Shown here: positions 7,482 through 16,196 of the stretch, in pieces
Numbering within the stretch: the stretch's first letter is position 1
Layout: every line of letters starts with the position of its first letter
Source: Minisyncoccota bacterium
GTDB lineage: Bacteria > Patescibacteriota > Minisyncoccia > Phycocordibacterales > UBA918
Length of the DNA stretch: 38,177 nt
Direction: 5' to 3'
Assembly (NCBI GenBank): GCA_021129655.1
Contig: JAJOLC010000043.1
Coordinates: forward strand, 1-38,177
Notes under the pieces: generated by a model
Databases searched by the model: none
Told to the model about the DNA's origin: nothing
The model's input: the letters and a program-made list of their open reading frames with translations, nothing else
Position numbers and translations under genes: made by a program

Positions 7482-9494
7482 CTAGTTAACTAGAGTTACA
7501 ACGTCAGTTCGGTAGTCAGTAGCTGGTAGAAGTGTTTCTGTAACATCATCAGTGTTAGTAGCAGTTCCAGTTTCATCAAAGATGATTGAACCTAGAAGTA
7601 GACGAGCTGCAGCACCTGTTGATGTAGAGTCGAATGTTACTTGCAATGTGAGTGTTTCAGTTTCACCTTCGTTGATTTCGAAGAATCCACCATTTTCATC
7701 TGCAGTTGATGTAAGAACTGGAGTTGCTGTACCTGCTACAACACTTCCTGAACCGTCAACAATAGAGAATGAAGTTGATGAAGCGTAATCTGTTGAGATT
7801 CGCACATCTTGTTCGAACGCAGTTACTTCTACGTCGATTTCGAATGTAGCGTAATCATCACCAGCATTGTCACCAGTAGTTACAACAGCTGAAGTATCAG
7901 TTGTTTCTGTAACGATACCAGTAGTTCGCAATGTGTGAGCATCACCAGTAGCAGCACCTGAAAGTTGACTGTTACCTAGGTCATCAGCTCCTTCAGCATC
8001 AGCGATAGCTGTTGTTAGAGAGTCGATAGAACCTGCTACAGTAGCACCTTCATCACCTGGAGCTAGAGACTTGAATCGAAGCATCAATTGAGCTTCTACT
8101 CGGTCACCAGCATCGATAGTAACGTCTCCGTCAACATCGAATGTAAGTACAGCTTCGTTTCCTGTAGCAACAACAGTTACGTCGTCGATAGTTACACCAT
8201 CGATAACTAGTTCTGCGTCATCTACAAGAACAGTGTAAGTTGCTCCAGTTGTAGCAACGTTTACAACAAGAGTGTTTAGCTCAATGTCGTTCACTGAATC
8301 ATCAGTATCTAGGTCAAATGAGAATACATTGTACCAGTCTGACTTTTTGTCATCTTCAACTTGGAAAGTTGTAGAATCTGGGTCGTTTGATGAAGACTTA
8401 GCGATAAGCTCATCTTCGTTTCCTTCTTCGTCAATAGTGAATGCTTCACCAACTGAGTCTCCAAGGTCGTCTGTTGATTCCTCTGTTGATGCAACACCGT
8501 CAGCATCGAAGAATCGAAGAGCGTCGAACTCGATAGTCCAAGCTTCTCCATCATTAACACCGTCAAGGTTGTTTTGTAGAGTAGCTGCAACAACGATTTC
8601 TACTTCTTCATCTTCCATTGCGATGATGTCAAGACCAGAGAATCGGAGTGAACCGTTATCTTCGTCTAGGTAATCATCTTCGTCATCTGCATTCTCTTCA
8701 GCAACTTTGTCGCCGTCGATCCATAGAGAGATAGTTTCGAACACGTCCCAAGGGTCTTGCTCGTCACCTGTTCCTTCTAGAGCTAGGTCGATACGTGAGA
8801 TTTCAGCGTCACCATTTGAAAATTCAATAGTAACTTCTGCAATTTCAGCGTCTTCTGCACCTTCTTCTAGTTCATCATCTGAAGCAGAGTCAGTTTCGAA
8901 TGTGTCAAGGTCAGCTTCTCCTGATAGAGAAACAGAACCGTTGCCTTCTTCTTCACCTTCTTCTTCACCTTCTTCACCTTCTTCACCTTCTTCACCTTCT
9001 TCTTCAGCTGGAGCTGATACACATAGTGCATTAGCCTTAGCTAGTGAAGATGGTCCGAAGAATCCTGTTGGATTCACTAGATTTGCTGGTGAAAGAATAT
9101 CTGAACGATACTTCACTTGGAACTTAGATACAGCGGCTGCTGTAGCTGGTCCGTAGTAAGGAGTTTCTAGTCCAGCTGAACCTGCTCCTGATACTCCCAC
9201 TCGAGTGTCAGCGTCAGCGTTTAGGAATTCCTGAAGCTTCATAACATCAGCTCCTTCTGTTCCTGTTGATAGACTTCGTGTCCATGTGTATGGACATACA
9301 CTTGCTGTCATCATTGATTCACCACCACCAATTTGTGATTGTAGACCAGCGATTTGAGCTAGTAGGTCATTGATCATTTGCTGTAGGTCTTCAGAGCTTT
9401 GTGCCTGCGCTGCAGGAGCAAATGCTGAAACAACCATAGCAGCTGCTACGAAAGCTACTGCGAGCTTCGAAGCGAATTCTTTTGTAAGAGTCAT
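7482..9494 (-). CDS. Secreted, extremely acidic cell-surface protein with an N-terminal peptidoglycan-binding (PG_binding_1-like) domain
   Basis: The signal peptide is ...AFAPAAQAQS. The PG-binding-like segment is GADVMKLQEFLN...YYGPATAAAVSKFQ. This is followed by an (EEG)n linker and about 480 aa rich in D/E/T/V. Codon choice is visibly biased toward GGT/GCT/ACT/GAA/TTC/ATC compared with neighbouring genes. Confidence 0.7.
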   Translation of the reverse strand: MTLTKEFASKLAVAFVAAAMVVSAFAPAAQAQSSEDLQQMINDLLAQIAGLQSQIGGGESMMTASVCPYTWTRSLSTGTEGADVMKLQEFLNADADTRVGVSGAGSAGLETPYYGPATAAAVSKFQVKYRSDILSPANLVNPTGFFGPSSLAKANALCVSAPAEEEGEEGEEGEEGEEEGEEEGNGSVSLSGEADLDTFETDSASDDELEEGAEDAEIAEVTIEFSNGDAEISRIDLALEGTGDEQDPWDVFETISLWIDGDKVAEENADDEDDYLDEDNGSLRFSGLDIIAMEDEEVEIVVAATLQNNLDGVNDGEAWTIEFDALRFFDADGVASTEESTDDLGDSVGEAFTIDEEGNEDELIAKSSSNDPDSTTFQVEDDKKSDWYNVFSFDLDTDDSVNDIELNTLVVNVATTGATYTVLVDDAELVIDGVTIDDVTVVATGNEAVLTFDVDGDVTIDAGDRVEAQLMLRFKSLAPGDEGATVAGSIDSLTTAIADAEGADDLGNSQLSGAATGDAHTLRTTGIVTETTDTSAVVTTGDNAGDDYATFEIDVEVTAFEQDVRISTDYASSTSFSIVDGSGSVVAGTATPVLTSTADENGGFFEINEGETETLTLQVTFDSTSTGAAARLLLGSIIFDETGTATNTDDVTETLLPATDYRTDVVTLVN
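8943..9005 (-). repeat. Coding tandem repeat (GAAGAAGGT-type, 9-nt unit) encoding EEEGEEGEEGEEGEEEGEEEG
   Basis: Read directly as TTCACCTTC units on the + strand. Confidence 0.85.
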
Positions 9495-9567
9495 AACTAT
9501 AATTATCTGTAATGTGCGTAATTAACTACGCGTGTCTCTTGCGAGACTTATTTTGATAAGGTCTAAT

Positions 9568-9587
9568 AATATGAATTAATTCATATT
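9568..9587. promoter_or_regulatory. Perfect 20-bp palindrome AATATGAATT|AATTCATATT in the leader of the surface-protein gene; candidate operator
   Basis: Read directly. It lies 74-93 nt upstream of the ATG at 9494 and shares the 8-mer ATATGAAT/ATTCATAT with the palindrome at 9727-9764. Confidence 0.35.
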
Positions 9588-9726
9588 CGCAAACGGACTA
9601 TCAATCCATTTGTAATATCACTAAACTCCTTCTCTCAAACTTTTATTGAATGAGATAAGGAGACTAGCTGTAATGTCAGTCTGTGTGTCTGAGTGTCAGT
9701 TAGCTAAGGGATAAAGTAATGCGGTA

Positions 9727-9764
9727 CCGGTCATCATATTCATATATATGAATATGATGACCGG
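9727..9764. repeat. Perfect 38-bp palindrome (19+19) CCGGTCATCATATTCATAT|ATATGAATATGATGACCGG
   Basis: Read directly. On the + strand it is followed by GGTTTATTTTAT. Its function is unknown (terminator, operator or element end). Confidence 0.6.
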
Positions 9765-10288
9765 GGTTTATTTTATATATGTGAAGACAGGTCTTTATAC
9801 CTACTTGTTATCAAAGAACACTCACAACGTTGAAGCCAAATTCTTGAGTAAAGGTGTCGTTATGCCTAACATATGACACTTGGCTCTACTTAGAAAAAAA
9901 GCGCTCCAGCGCAATACATAAATAGTAACATCTTTTAAACGATATAGGAGTTCACAGACTGTGGATACAATGGTGCTGTATAGCACTAAATGTATTCAAA
10001 ATTAACGTGAATTCGTAATAATCAAAGATGATTCTACGTAGTATCTCTGCTCTATATGACGACGCAACTAGGTCATTCTTACGAGCAAAACAAACTATGT
10101 AATATAAACAGTCAAAATGCAAGCTTATTGCAGGAAACAACCAAAAATCGTAAGTTCGCTAGGGGTGTGTAGGACCTGACTCAGAAGTCCATTAAAGGTC
10201 ATGGCTAGGACGGTTTGTGCCCTTTAAGACAACAAATGAAATTTTTATTGTCAGCACTCTCATCACTGTCTATTACTTTACAAGGACA

Positions 10289-11026
10289 CTACTTAGACAC
10301 AGAGTATCTAGACCAGCGCCTTTCCCCTTCTCTCACTACTTGTCCTTTTTCTATAAGACTATTAAGTTCACGCTGGATAGTCTTTTCACTTACATCTGTT
10401 ACTACTTCGGAAATGTCTTTAACCGTTGCTTGAGGCTTAGCTTCAAGGACTGTCTTTATTCGATCAGCTCTGTCGGTTAACTGGCTGTAAACCAGGTAAG
10501 CGTCCGTACTGATATCTCCAGCTGGGATACTGACTCGCTTTTGTCTCGAGGCGTTTCTACCACCAGACTTAGTTTGAGCTTTGGCTGACATCTTTGTTAC
10601 GACCGTTTCTGTTAATTCCTCGACAGAGATACCTTGGTTATTTAAGTAATGATTATTGATTAAGCGCAACACTGAATCTATCTGATCTGACAACAGCATC
10701 ATTATGTCTTGCGGGATCATCCCGGCCATCTGAGCCACCTTGAGGGTACTTTCTAGAGCCACTAGTCCGTACTGAAAATCTAACAGTCCTTCTGACTGTT
10801 GATGGGGCTGAAGTGGCAGTGTCGCTAAAGACAGTTCGTGTGTCTTTAATGCCCTGTCTCTAATAGACTGTATGTGTGTGTCTATACTGGGAGTTACATG
10901 TATCTCGGACAAGATATAAAAAGTAACGGACACAACCTTCTCTGTCTTTTTAAAGACATTATTATAATAGTTACTATCAGACGATAGTCTTTTTAGTTGT
11001 ATGGAATTGTCTTTTTCTGTTTGCAT
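10289..11026 (-). CDS. Hypothetical protein with a C-terminal winged-helix (DeoR-like HTH) domain; putative transcriptional regulator
   Basis: The C-terminus, TVKDISEVVTDVSEKTIQRELNSLIEKGQVVREGERRWSRYSV, fits the HTH plus wing pattern. The N-terminal helical region (KKTEKVVSVTFYILSEI...) resembles a conserved hypothetical family I recall from small-genome bacteria. Confidence 0.55.
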   Translation of the reverse strand: MQTEKDNSIQLKRLSSDSNYYNNVFKKTEKVVSVTFYILSEIHVTPSIDTHIQSIRDRALKTHELSLATLPLQPHQQSEGLLDFQYGLVALESTLKVAQMAGMIPQDIMMLLSDQIDSVLRLINNHYLNNQGISVEELTETVVTKMSAKAQTKSGGRNASRQKRVSIPAGDISTDAYLVYSQLTDRADRIKTVLEAKPQATVKDISEVVTDVSEKTIQRELNSLIEKGQVVREGERRWSRYSVSK

Positions 11027-11220
11027 AGTTCTGCCTGTTCTTTACAGTTTATTAAAGACTAAGTTTGAGTTGTACTTAACTACTACTATAGAGACATTTA
11101 AGGACTTTGCAAGCCTCGCTGGCATCTAGGACAGCTTTCTATACCGCCACCAAATTACTGCCGCACATGATATTATGTGTGTATCTATTACTGAATATTT
11201 TGATTGATTGAATTAGCTAT

Positions 11221-13440
11221 ATGGCCCGAAAGAAAAGAAAACTAAAAAAGAACAAGACTCCGATGTTTGATGATTTGTCTCCACACGCACGCCAAGCTAT
11301 CTGGGCTGTGGTGATGGGTATCTTGGCGGTCTTCTTCTTGTTCTCGTTGCTCGACTACGCTGGACCGGCTGGTGAGTACACTGAGATTACCCTGCGCATA
11401 TTATTTGGAACTGGTGCTTGGCTGGCTCCGCTTGTGTGTAGTGTATATATATTTGTATTACTAAATCCTCAAGAAGAAACTGAAGAAGTGAGCCGTTCCA
11501 AGGTAATTGGAACTGTGTTGTTGTTCATATCTCTTTTGGGAGGGCTGGAGTTGTATCAGGCTGAGCTTGGAGGTGTGGTGGGTCTAGCTTTGTCTTGGCC
11601 GCTAGCTGCCATGCTTGGTTCGGCTGTAACTGGAATTCTTATTTTTGGCCTAGTACTTATTTCTGTATTTCTACTTTTCAATACTGGTCTCAAGATACCA
11701 TTCCGAAACAAGTCTGAAAAAGCGCTCGAAGACGACAGCGACATTGAGGCCCTAGACCTGCCAGAAAGCGAGTCTGGTGCAGAAACACATGGAGAAGGTG
11801 AGGAAGACGCAGAAGACGGCGGGATTACCGCTGCTGTTACAAAACGAGTAGCGAAGCTAGGCAAACTGAGCCAGAACGAAATTGTTATCAAAAACTTCAG
11901 CGGTACATATATCACCCCTTCTCTATCATTACTCAATAAGGAAAAAAGTAAGGCACAAATCGGTGACGTTAAAGCCAACGCCAACACTATCAAAAGGACA
12001 CTTAAAGAATTTGGTATCAGTGTAGAAATGGACGCGGTTGAAAGTGGACCTACTATTACCCGTTACGCTCTGAAGCCAGCTCAAGGAGTAAAGATTTCTC
12101 GTATTGTTGGTTTGCAACAAGAGCTGCAACTGGCTCTGAAGGCTAGCACGATTCGTATCGAAGCTCCGATTCCCGGCAAGTCATTAGTAGGTATTGAAGT
12201 ACCTAATGAAGTGCGCGCTACTGTCGGCCTAGCCTCAATGTTGGCCAACCCTGAATACACCGACTCACCTAACCCACTGATGGTGGCCCTTGGAAAGGAC
12301 GTAACTGGAAATGTTCACTTCACCAACGTTGCTAGAATGCCTCACGGCCTGATTGCTGGTACTACCGGAGCTGGTAAGTCAGTAGCGATTCACAACATCA
12401 TCATCTCTCTACTTTACAGAAACTCTCCAGAACAACTTCGATTTATTTTGGTTGACCCTAAACGAGTAGAACTTACCCTTTACAACAAAATTCCTCATCT
12501 TCTAACCCCTGTTATCACTCAAGCTAAGAAAGCTATCCAGTCGTTATCTTGGGCAATCAAAGAAATGGAACGACGGTATGACATTCTTCAGTCTGAAAGT
12601 AAGCAGAATATCGCTTCTTATCACGAAGGTGTGTACAAGCCAGCCAAGGAGGCGTGGGAGAAAGATGGAGCTAAAGAGGAGGACCGAGCGAATCTACCAG
12701 AAGCTCTGCCTTACATCGTAATCATTCTTGATGAGCTCAATGACATCATGCAGGCTTACCCGCGAGAACTTGAAGCCAGTATCGTACGACTAGCTCAAAT
12801 GAGTCGAGCGGTAGGTATTCACCTTATTCTGGCTACCCAACGGCCATCAGTTAATGTTATTACCGGAACAATTAAAGCCAACGTACCAACCCGTATTGCT
12901 CTTATGGTAGCTTCTCAGATTGACTCTAGAACTATTATCGATGGTACCGGTGCCGAAAAACTACTTGGACAAGGCGACATGCTCTACCTATCGTCGGACA
13001 ACCCTAAACCTGTCCGACTCCAATCTGCTTACGTGTCAGAAGACGAGATAAAAGAGGTTGTTTCCTACCTAAGGGACCAAGATGCTGGTACTCCAGACAC
13101 TATCGACTTCGACGACAAGGACGAGAATGGTAGCGACGCAGTCTTCAGTTCATTCGTGGGGGGAAATGACACAGACGACGATATGTATGACGAAGCCAAA
13201 CAAACCGTTATTGAGGCTGGTAAGGCTTCAACCTCATATATCCAACGAAAACTTCGGGTTGGTTACTCCCGAGCAGCTCGCCTGATAGATCTGTTAGAAG
13301 AAAATGGTGTTATCGGTCCCGCTAATGGCTCTAAGCCACGTGAGATTCTCACAGTCGAAGCGGAAGAAGCGACCGAGGAAACTGAATATGAGAATGATGA
13401 AGAAAAGGCTGATGAGAACGAGCCGATTGAAAGGTTGTAA
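11221..13440 (+). CDS. ftsK: DNA translocase FtsK
   Basis: N-terminal TM helices are present. Walker A is GTTGAGKS and Walker B is IVIILDELND. The gamma winged-helix is ASTSYIQRKLRVGYSRAARLIDLLEENGVIGP. The C-terminal tail is acidic. Confidence 0.92.
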   Translation: MARKKRKLKKNKTPMFDDLSPHARQAIWAVVMGILAVFFLFSLLDYAGPAGEYTEITLRILFGTGAWLAPLVCSVYIFVLLNPQEETEEVSRSKVIGTVLLFISLLGGLELYQAELGGVVGLALSWPLAAMLGSAVTGILIFGLVLISVFLLFNTGLKIPFRNKSEKALEDDSDIEALDLPESESGAETHGEGEEDAEDGGITAAVTKRVAKLGKLSQNEIVIKNFSGTYITPSLSLLNKEKSKAQIGDVKANANTIKRTLKEFGISVEMDAVESGPTITRYALKPAQGVKISRIVGLQQELQLALKASTIRIEAPIPGKSLVGIEVPNEVRATVGLASMLANPEYTDSPNPLMVALGKDVTGNVHFTNVARMPHGLIAGTTGAGKSVAIHNIIISLLYRNSPEQLRFILVDPKRVELTLYNKIPHLLTPVITQAKKAIQSLSWAIKEMERRYDILQSESKQNIASYHEGVYKPAKEAWEKDGAKEEDRANLPEALPYIVIILDELNDIMQAYPRELEASIVRLAQMSRAVGIHLILATQRPSVNVITGTIKANVPTRIALMVASQIDSRTIIDGTGAEKLLGQGDMLYLSSDNPKPVRLQSAYVSEDEIKEVVSYLRDQDAGTPDTIDFDDKDENGSDAVFSSFVGGNDTDDDMYDEAKQTVIEAGKASTSYIQRKLRVGYSRAARLIDLLEENGVIGPANGSKPREILTVEAEEATEETEYENDEEKADENEPIERL

Positions 13441-13450
13441 TAATTAGACA

Positions 13451-13831
13451 ATGACTGAATCAGTCCCATTTAGAACGGTAGTAAAATTCGCTATTTTGGC
13501 CATCGGTCTACTGGGTGTCATAATTTACCTAACCTTTCAGGCAAGGTATCTGATAATAGGACCCGGTATATCTTTAACCGAACAACAGACACTACTTCAA
13601 AACCAGCGTCAGGTGGAACTGACAGGCTCTGCTTACAACATATCTCACCTCTGGTTGAATGATCGGCCAATTTATACCGATGCTCAGGGAAATTTCAAGG
13701 AGGCATTAGTCTTGGAAAACGGATATACTATAGCTACTCTTAGAGCTGAAGATAGATACGGAAGAGAAACCACAGTGACTCAAGAGTTTGTCTATACCCC
13801 AGCAAGTTTCCTTGAGGAGAAACATTATTGA
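13451..13831 (+). CDS. Hypothetical membrane-anchored protein
   Basis: 126 aa with a single N-terminal TM helix, starting 10 nt after ftsK. It ends in a TGA stop. No family recognised. Confidence 0.5.
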   Translation: MTESVPFRTVVKFAILAIGLLGVIIYLTFQARYLIIGPGISLTEQQTLLQNQRQVELTGSAYNISHLWLNDRPIYTDAQGNFKEALVLENGYTIATLRAEDRYGRETTVTQEFVYTPASFLEEKHY

Positions 13832-13865
13832 GCGAAGAATTTTATTCTAATAAGCACTAAACACC

Positions 13866-14954
13866 ATGGCAGCAAAAGCAAAAAAGGCACCGAAGGAAGT
13901 CAAAGCAAAAAAATCTACTAAAGAAGAAAAGTCAGACGCTAAAGGAACTGACCAGATTTCTGAAACTCTACGCAGCATCAAAACTAAGTTTGGAGACGAC
14001 GCAATCATGACTCTAGACCAAAGTAAGAAAGTAGATATTGCGGCGATTCAGACTGGTTCAATTGGTTTAGACGAGGCACTTGGTATTGGCGGATATCCTC
14101 GAGGACGAATCCTGGAAATCTACGGACCTGAGTCTTCTGGTAAAACCACCCTGGCTCTTCATGCAGTTGCAGAGGCTCAAAAAGGTGGAGGTATCTGTGC
14201 TTTCATTGATGCTGAGCATGCTATGGACCCTGTTTATGCTGGTAACTTGGGAGTTAAGCTGGACGAACTCCTAATCTCTCAGCCAGACAACGGCGAGCAA
14301 GCTCTAGAAATTGTTGAGTCACTGGTACGCTCTGGAAAACTCGATGTTATCGTAATCGATTCAGTGGCTGCTCTAACTCCTCGTGATGAAATTGAAGGAG
14401 AAATGGGGGCACACCACGTAGGAAAACAGGCCCGACTAATGAGTCAAGCCTTACGAAAACTAACTGGCATCGTAGCCAAAAGTAAGACAGTGGTCATCTT
14501 CATCAACCAGATTCGTATGCAGATTGGGGTTATGTTTGGTAACCCTGAAACTACCCCCGGTGGAAAAGCCCTTAAATTCTATACTTCTGTCCGACTTGAT
14601 ATTCGACGTATCGCTCAAATCAAGAAGGGTGACGAAGTGGTTGGAGGACGACACCGAGTTAAAGTAGTAAAGAATAAGGTCGCTTCCCCTTTCCGAACTA
14701 CAGAGTTCGACCTAATCTACGGAGAAGGAATCAGTCGTGAAGGTGAAATTCTCGCTCTTGGTGAAAAGTATGGAATGGTAGCCAAGGCTGGAGCTTCATA
14801 CTCTTACACTCCTCCCGGAGGTGATGAGTCCACTATTGTTAAACTTGGTCGGGGTTATGACGCAGCCCGAAAGTCCCTTAAATCTGACAAGAAACTAAAA
14901 AACGAAATTCTGAAGAATATCCGAAAGGAACTAAAAGCTGAGGCTGATAAATAG
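13866..14954 (+). CDS. recA: Recombinase RecA, with a Lys-rich N-terminal extension
   Basis: [13 protein letters not shown] (Walker A), [17 protein letters not shown] and [26 protein letters not shown] are all present. Confidence 0.95.
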   Translation: MAAKAKKAPKEVKAKKSTKEEKSDAKGTDQISETLRSIKTKFGDDAIMTLDQSKKVDIAAIQTGSIGLDEALGIGGYPRGRILEIYGPESSGKTTLALHAVAEAQKGGGICAFIDAEHAMDPVYAGNLGVKLDELLISQPDNGEQALEIVESLVRSGKLDVIVIDSVAALTPRDEIEGEMGAHHVGKQARLMSQALRKLTGIVAKSKTVVIFINQIRMQIGVMFGNPETTPGGKALKFYTSVRLDIRRIAQIKKGDEVVGGRHRVKVVKNKVASPFRTTEFDLIYGEGISREGEILALGEKYGMVAKAGASYSYTPPGGDESTIVKLGRGYDAARKSLKSDKKLKNEILKNIRKELKAEADK

Positions 14955-14964
14955 CCTCTATAAA

Positions 14965-15003
14965 GTAAAAGGCCTGGCTCACATAGTGAGCCAGGCCTTT
15001 TAC
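14965..15003. terminator. Bidirectional terminator between convergent recA and the 15017-15358 gene
   Basis: GTAAAAGGCCTGGCTCAC-ata-GTGAGCCAGGCCTTTTAC (18-bp perfect stem with A/T tracts). Confidence 0.8.
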
Positions 15004-15016
15004 TAAAGTTAGTTAT

Positions 15017-15358
15017 TTACACTTGATACATAACGATGGCTTTTGGAGCTAGTGCTTGAGTAAGTTTATACCCACACGACATGGTCACTACTCCAGCCAA
15101 CATAAACATAACAACTGTCACCACTTCACCTTGAGTGGCCGCAGCAAAAAAAGAATTAGCAACGTATTGTGGCACATGTCCAACTGGCACAGCAAGTACA
15201 TTTTTGACAATACTGGCCACATGCAACCACTTCGCTAGGAGCAAGGCTGATACACTCAAGAAAACACCCTGCCAAAAGACAACATGAGTGAATATATCTA
15301 CAGCATAACTGTAGTACACGCGACGCATAATATTTGAATGTATTTTTATTGACTCCAT
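15017..15358 (-). CDS. Hypothetical membrane protein downstream of the sigma factor; possible anti-sigma partner
   Basis: 113 aa with 2-3 hydrophobic helices, starting 60 nt downstream of the sigma gene on the same strand. The assignment is by position only. Confidence 0.4.
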   Translation of the reverse strand: MESIKIHSNIMRRVYYSYAVDIFTHVVFWQGVFLSVSALLLAKWLHVASIVKNVLAVPVGHVPQYVANSFFAAATQGEVVTVVMFMLAGVVTMSCGYKLTQALAPKAIVMYQV

Positions 15359-15418
15359 ACTCTTATATACTATTCATTCATGAAAAAAGTTACATGTACT
15401 TGAGAGTGACTCTTGGAA

Positions 15419-16009
15419 CTACATTAACGCTTCTGCTTCTCCATTCTTAGACTCTTTTTTGAATGCCGCCTTAGCTCGATGAATACGTGCTTTGATTGTA
15501 CCCACATTCTCCTCAGTCTTGTTAGCGATATCTTTATGTGACCAACGATCTAAGTAATGCAGCCTGAGAACTAAGGAAAAGTGTCCTGGTAGTCTGTCTA
15601 GAATTCTATCAACTCCGTCTCTCCTTTCTTCAAATCCACTGTGCTCCTTCTCTTCCCCAAACAACTGTTCATACTCTGGATCAATATGACTAAACCGCTG
15701 GCCGTCTTTAACTACTTTTTGGTATCTAGTGAAGGCAGTGTTCATTAAAATTCTGTACGCCCAAGAAGAAAACTTGGCTCCTGCCTGAGGCTCATATCGA
15801 TGAGCGTTAACATAAATCTTTGTAAAAGCGTCCTGTACCACCTCTTCAGCATCAAGAGGGTTATGGATGATTGACCGTGCCTTGCGTAGAAATGGCTCTT
15901 GGTAACGGTTCACTAAAACAGAATACAACCAAGGCGACGATTGTGACTTCATTAAAATATCCTCGTCGCTCCAGTCCGAAGCATCTTCATTAGTAGTGAT
16001 TCCAAGCAT
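15419..16009 (-). CDS. RNA polymerase sigma factor, sigma-70 family (ECF-like)
   Basis: The region 2-like segment is EEVVQDAFTKIYVNAHRY...FSSWAYRILMNTA. The region 4 HTH is HKDIANKTEENVGTIKARIHRAKAAFKK. Confidence 0.8.
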   Translation of the reverse strand: MLGITTNEDASDWSDEDILMKSQSSPWLYSVLVNRYQEPFLRKARSIIHNPLDAEEVVQDAFTKIYVNAHRYEPQAGAKFSSWAYRILMNTAFTRYQKVVKDGQRFSHIDPEYEQLFGEEKEHSGFEERRDGVDRILDRLPGHFSLVLRLHYLDRWSHKDIANKTEENVGTIKARIHRAKAAFKKESKNGEAEALM

Positions 16010-16196
16010 ATTACTTTCATATTATCACTTTTATAATTCTGGGTAAGTTGCGCATTTTTTCTTTCAAGGTAGTATTTGAGTTACTAATTACTAATCTTAG
16101 TTAGGTGACTTACTTCGTCGTCCAGCAATTCGCCCTAGGTCAGGGGCGAATTGGGACATAAATTCATAATAAGCCCTTTGGGCATTTATTCATTCA

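Noticed and set aside
8943-9005. Possible CRISPR-like or non-coding repeat array
   Set aside because: The repeats are 9-nt units with no spacers, and they are in-frame coding sequence for (EEG)n. No other regularly spaced direct repeats occur in the window.
9952-10140. 62-aa minus-strand ORF in the long leader region
   Set aside because: It has no RBS and an odd composition (C/Y/I/F-rich), with no recognisable motif. It is probably a chance ORF in AT-rich DNA.
10204-11132. CTAGGAC(G/A)G direct repeats flanking the winged-helix gene (10204-10212 and 11126-11134), as possible element ends
   Set aside because: Only a 7-8 nt match is present, which is expected by chance at this spacing. There is no supporting inverted repeat or integrase.
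13829-13831. Possibility of an alternative genetic code (UGA recoded, as in some CPR lineages)
   Set aside because: TGA terminates the 13451-13831 ORF at a sensible position. All conserved genes are full-length under the standard code, with no in-frame TGA required.
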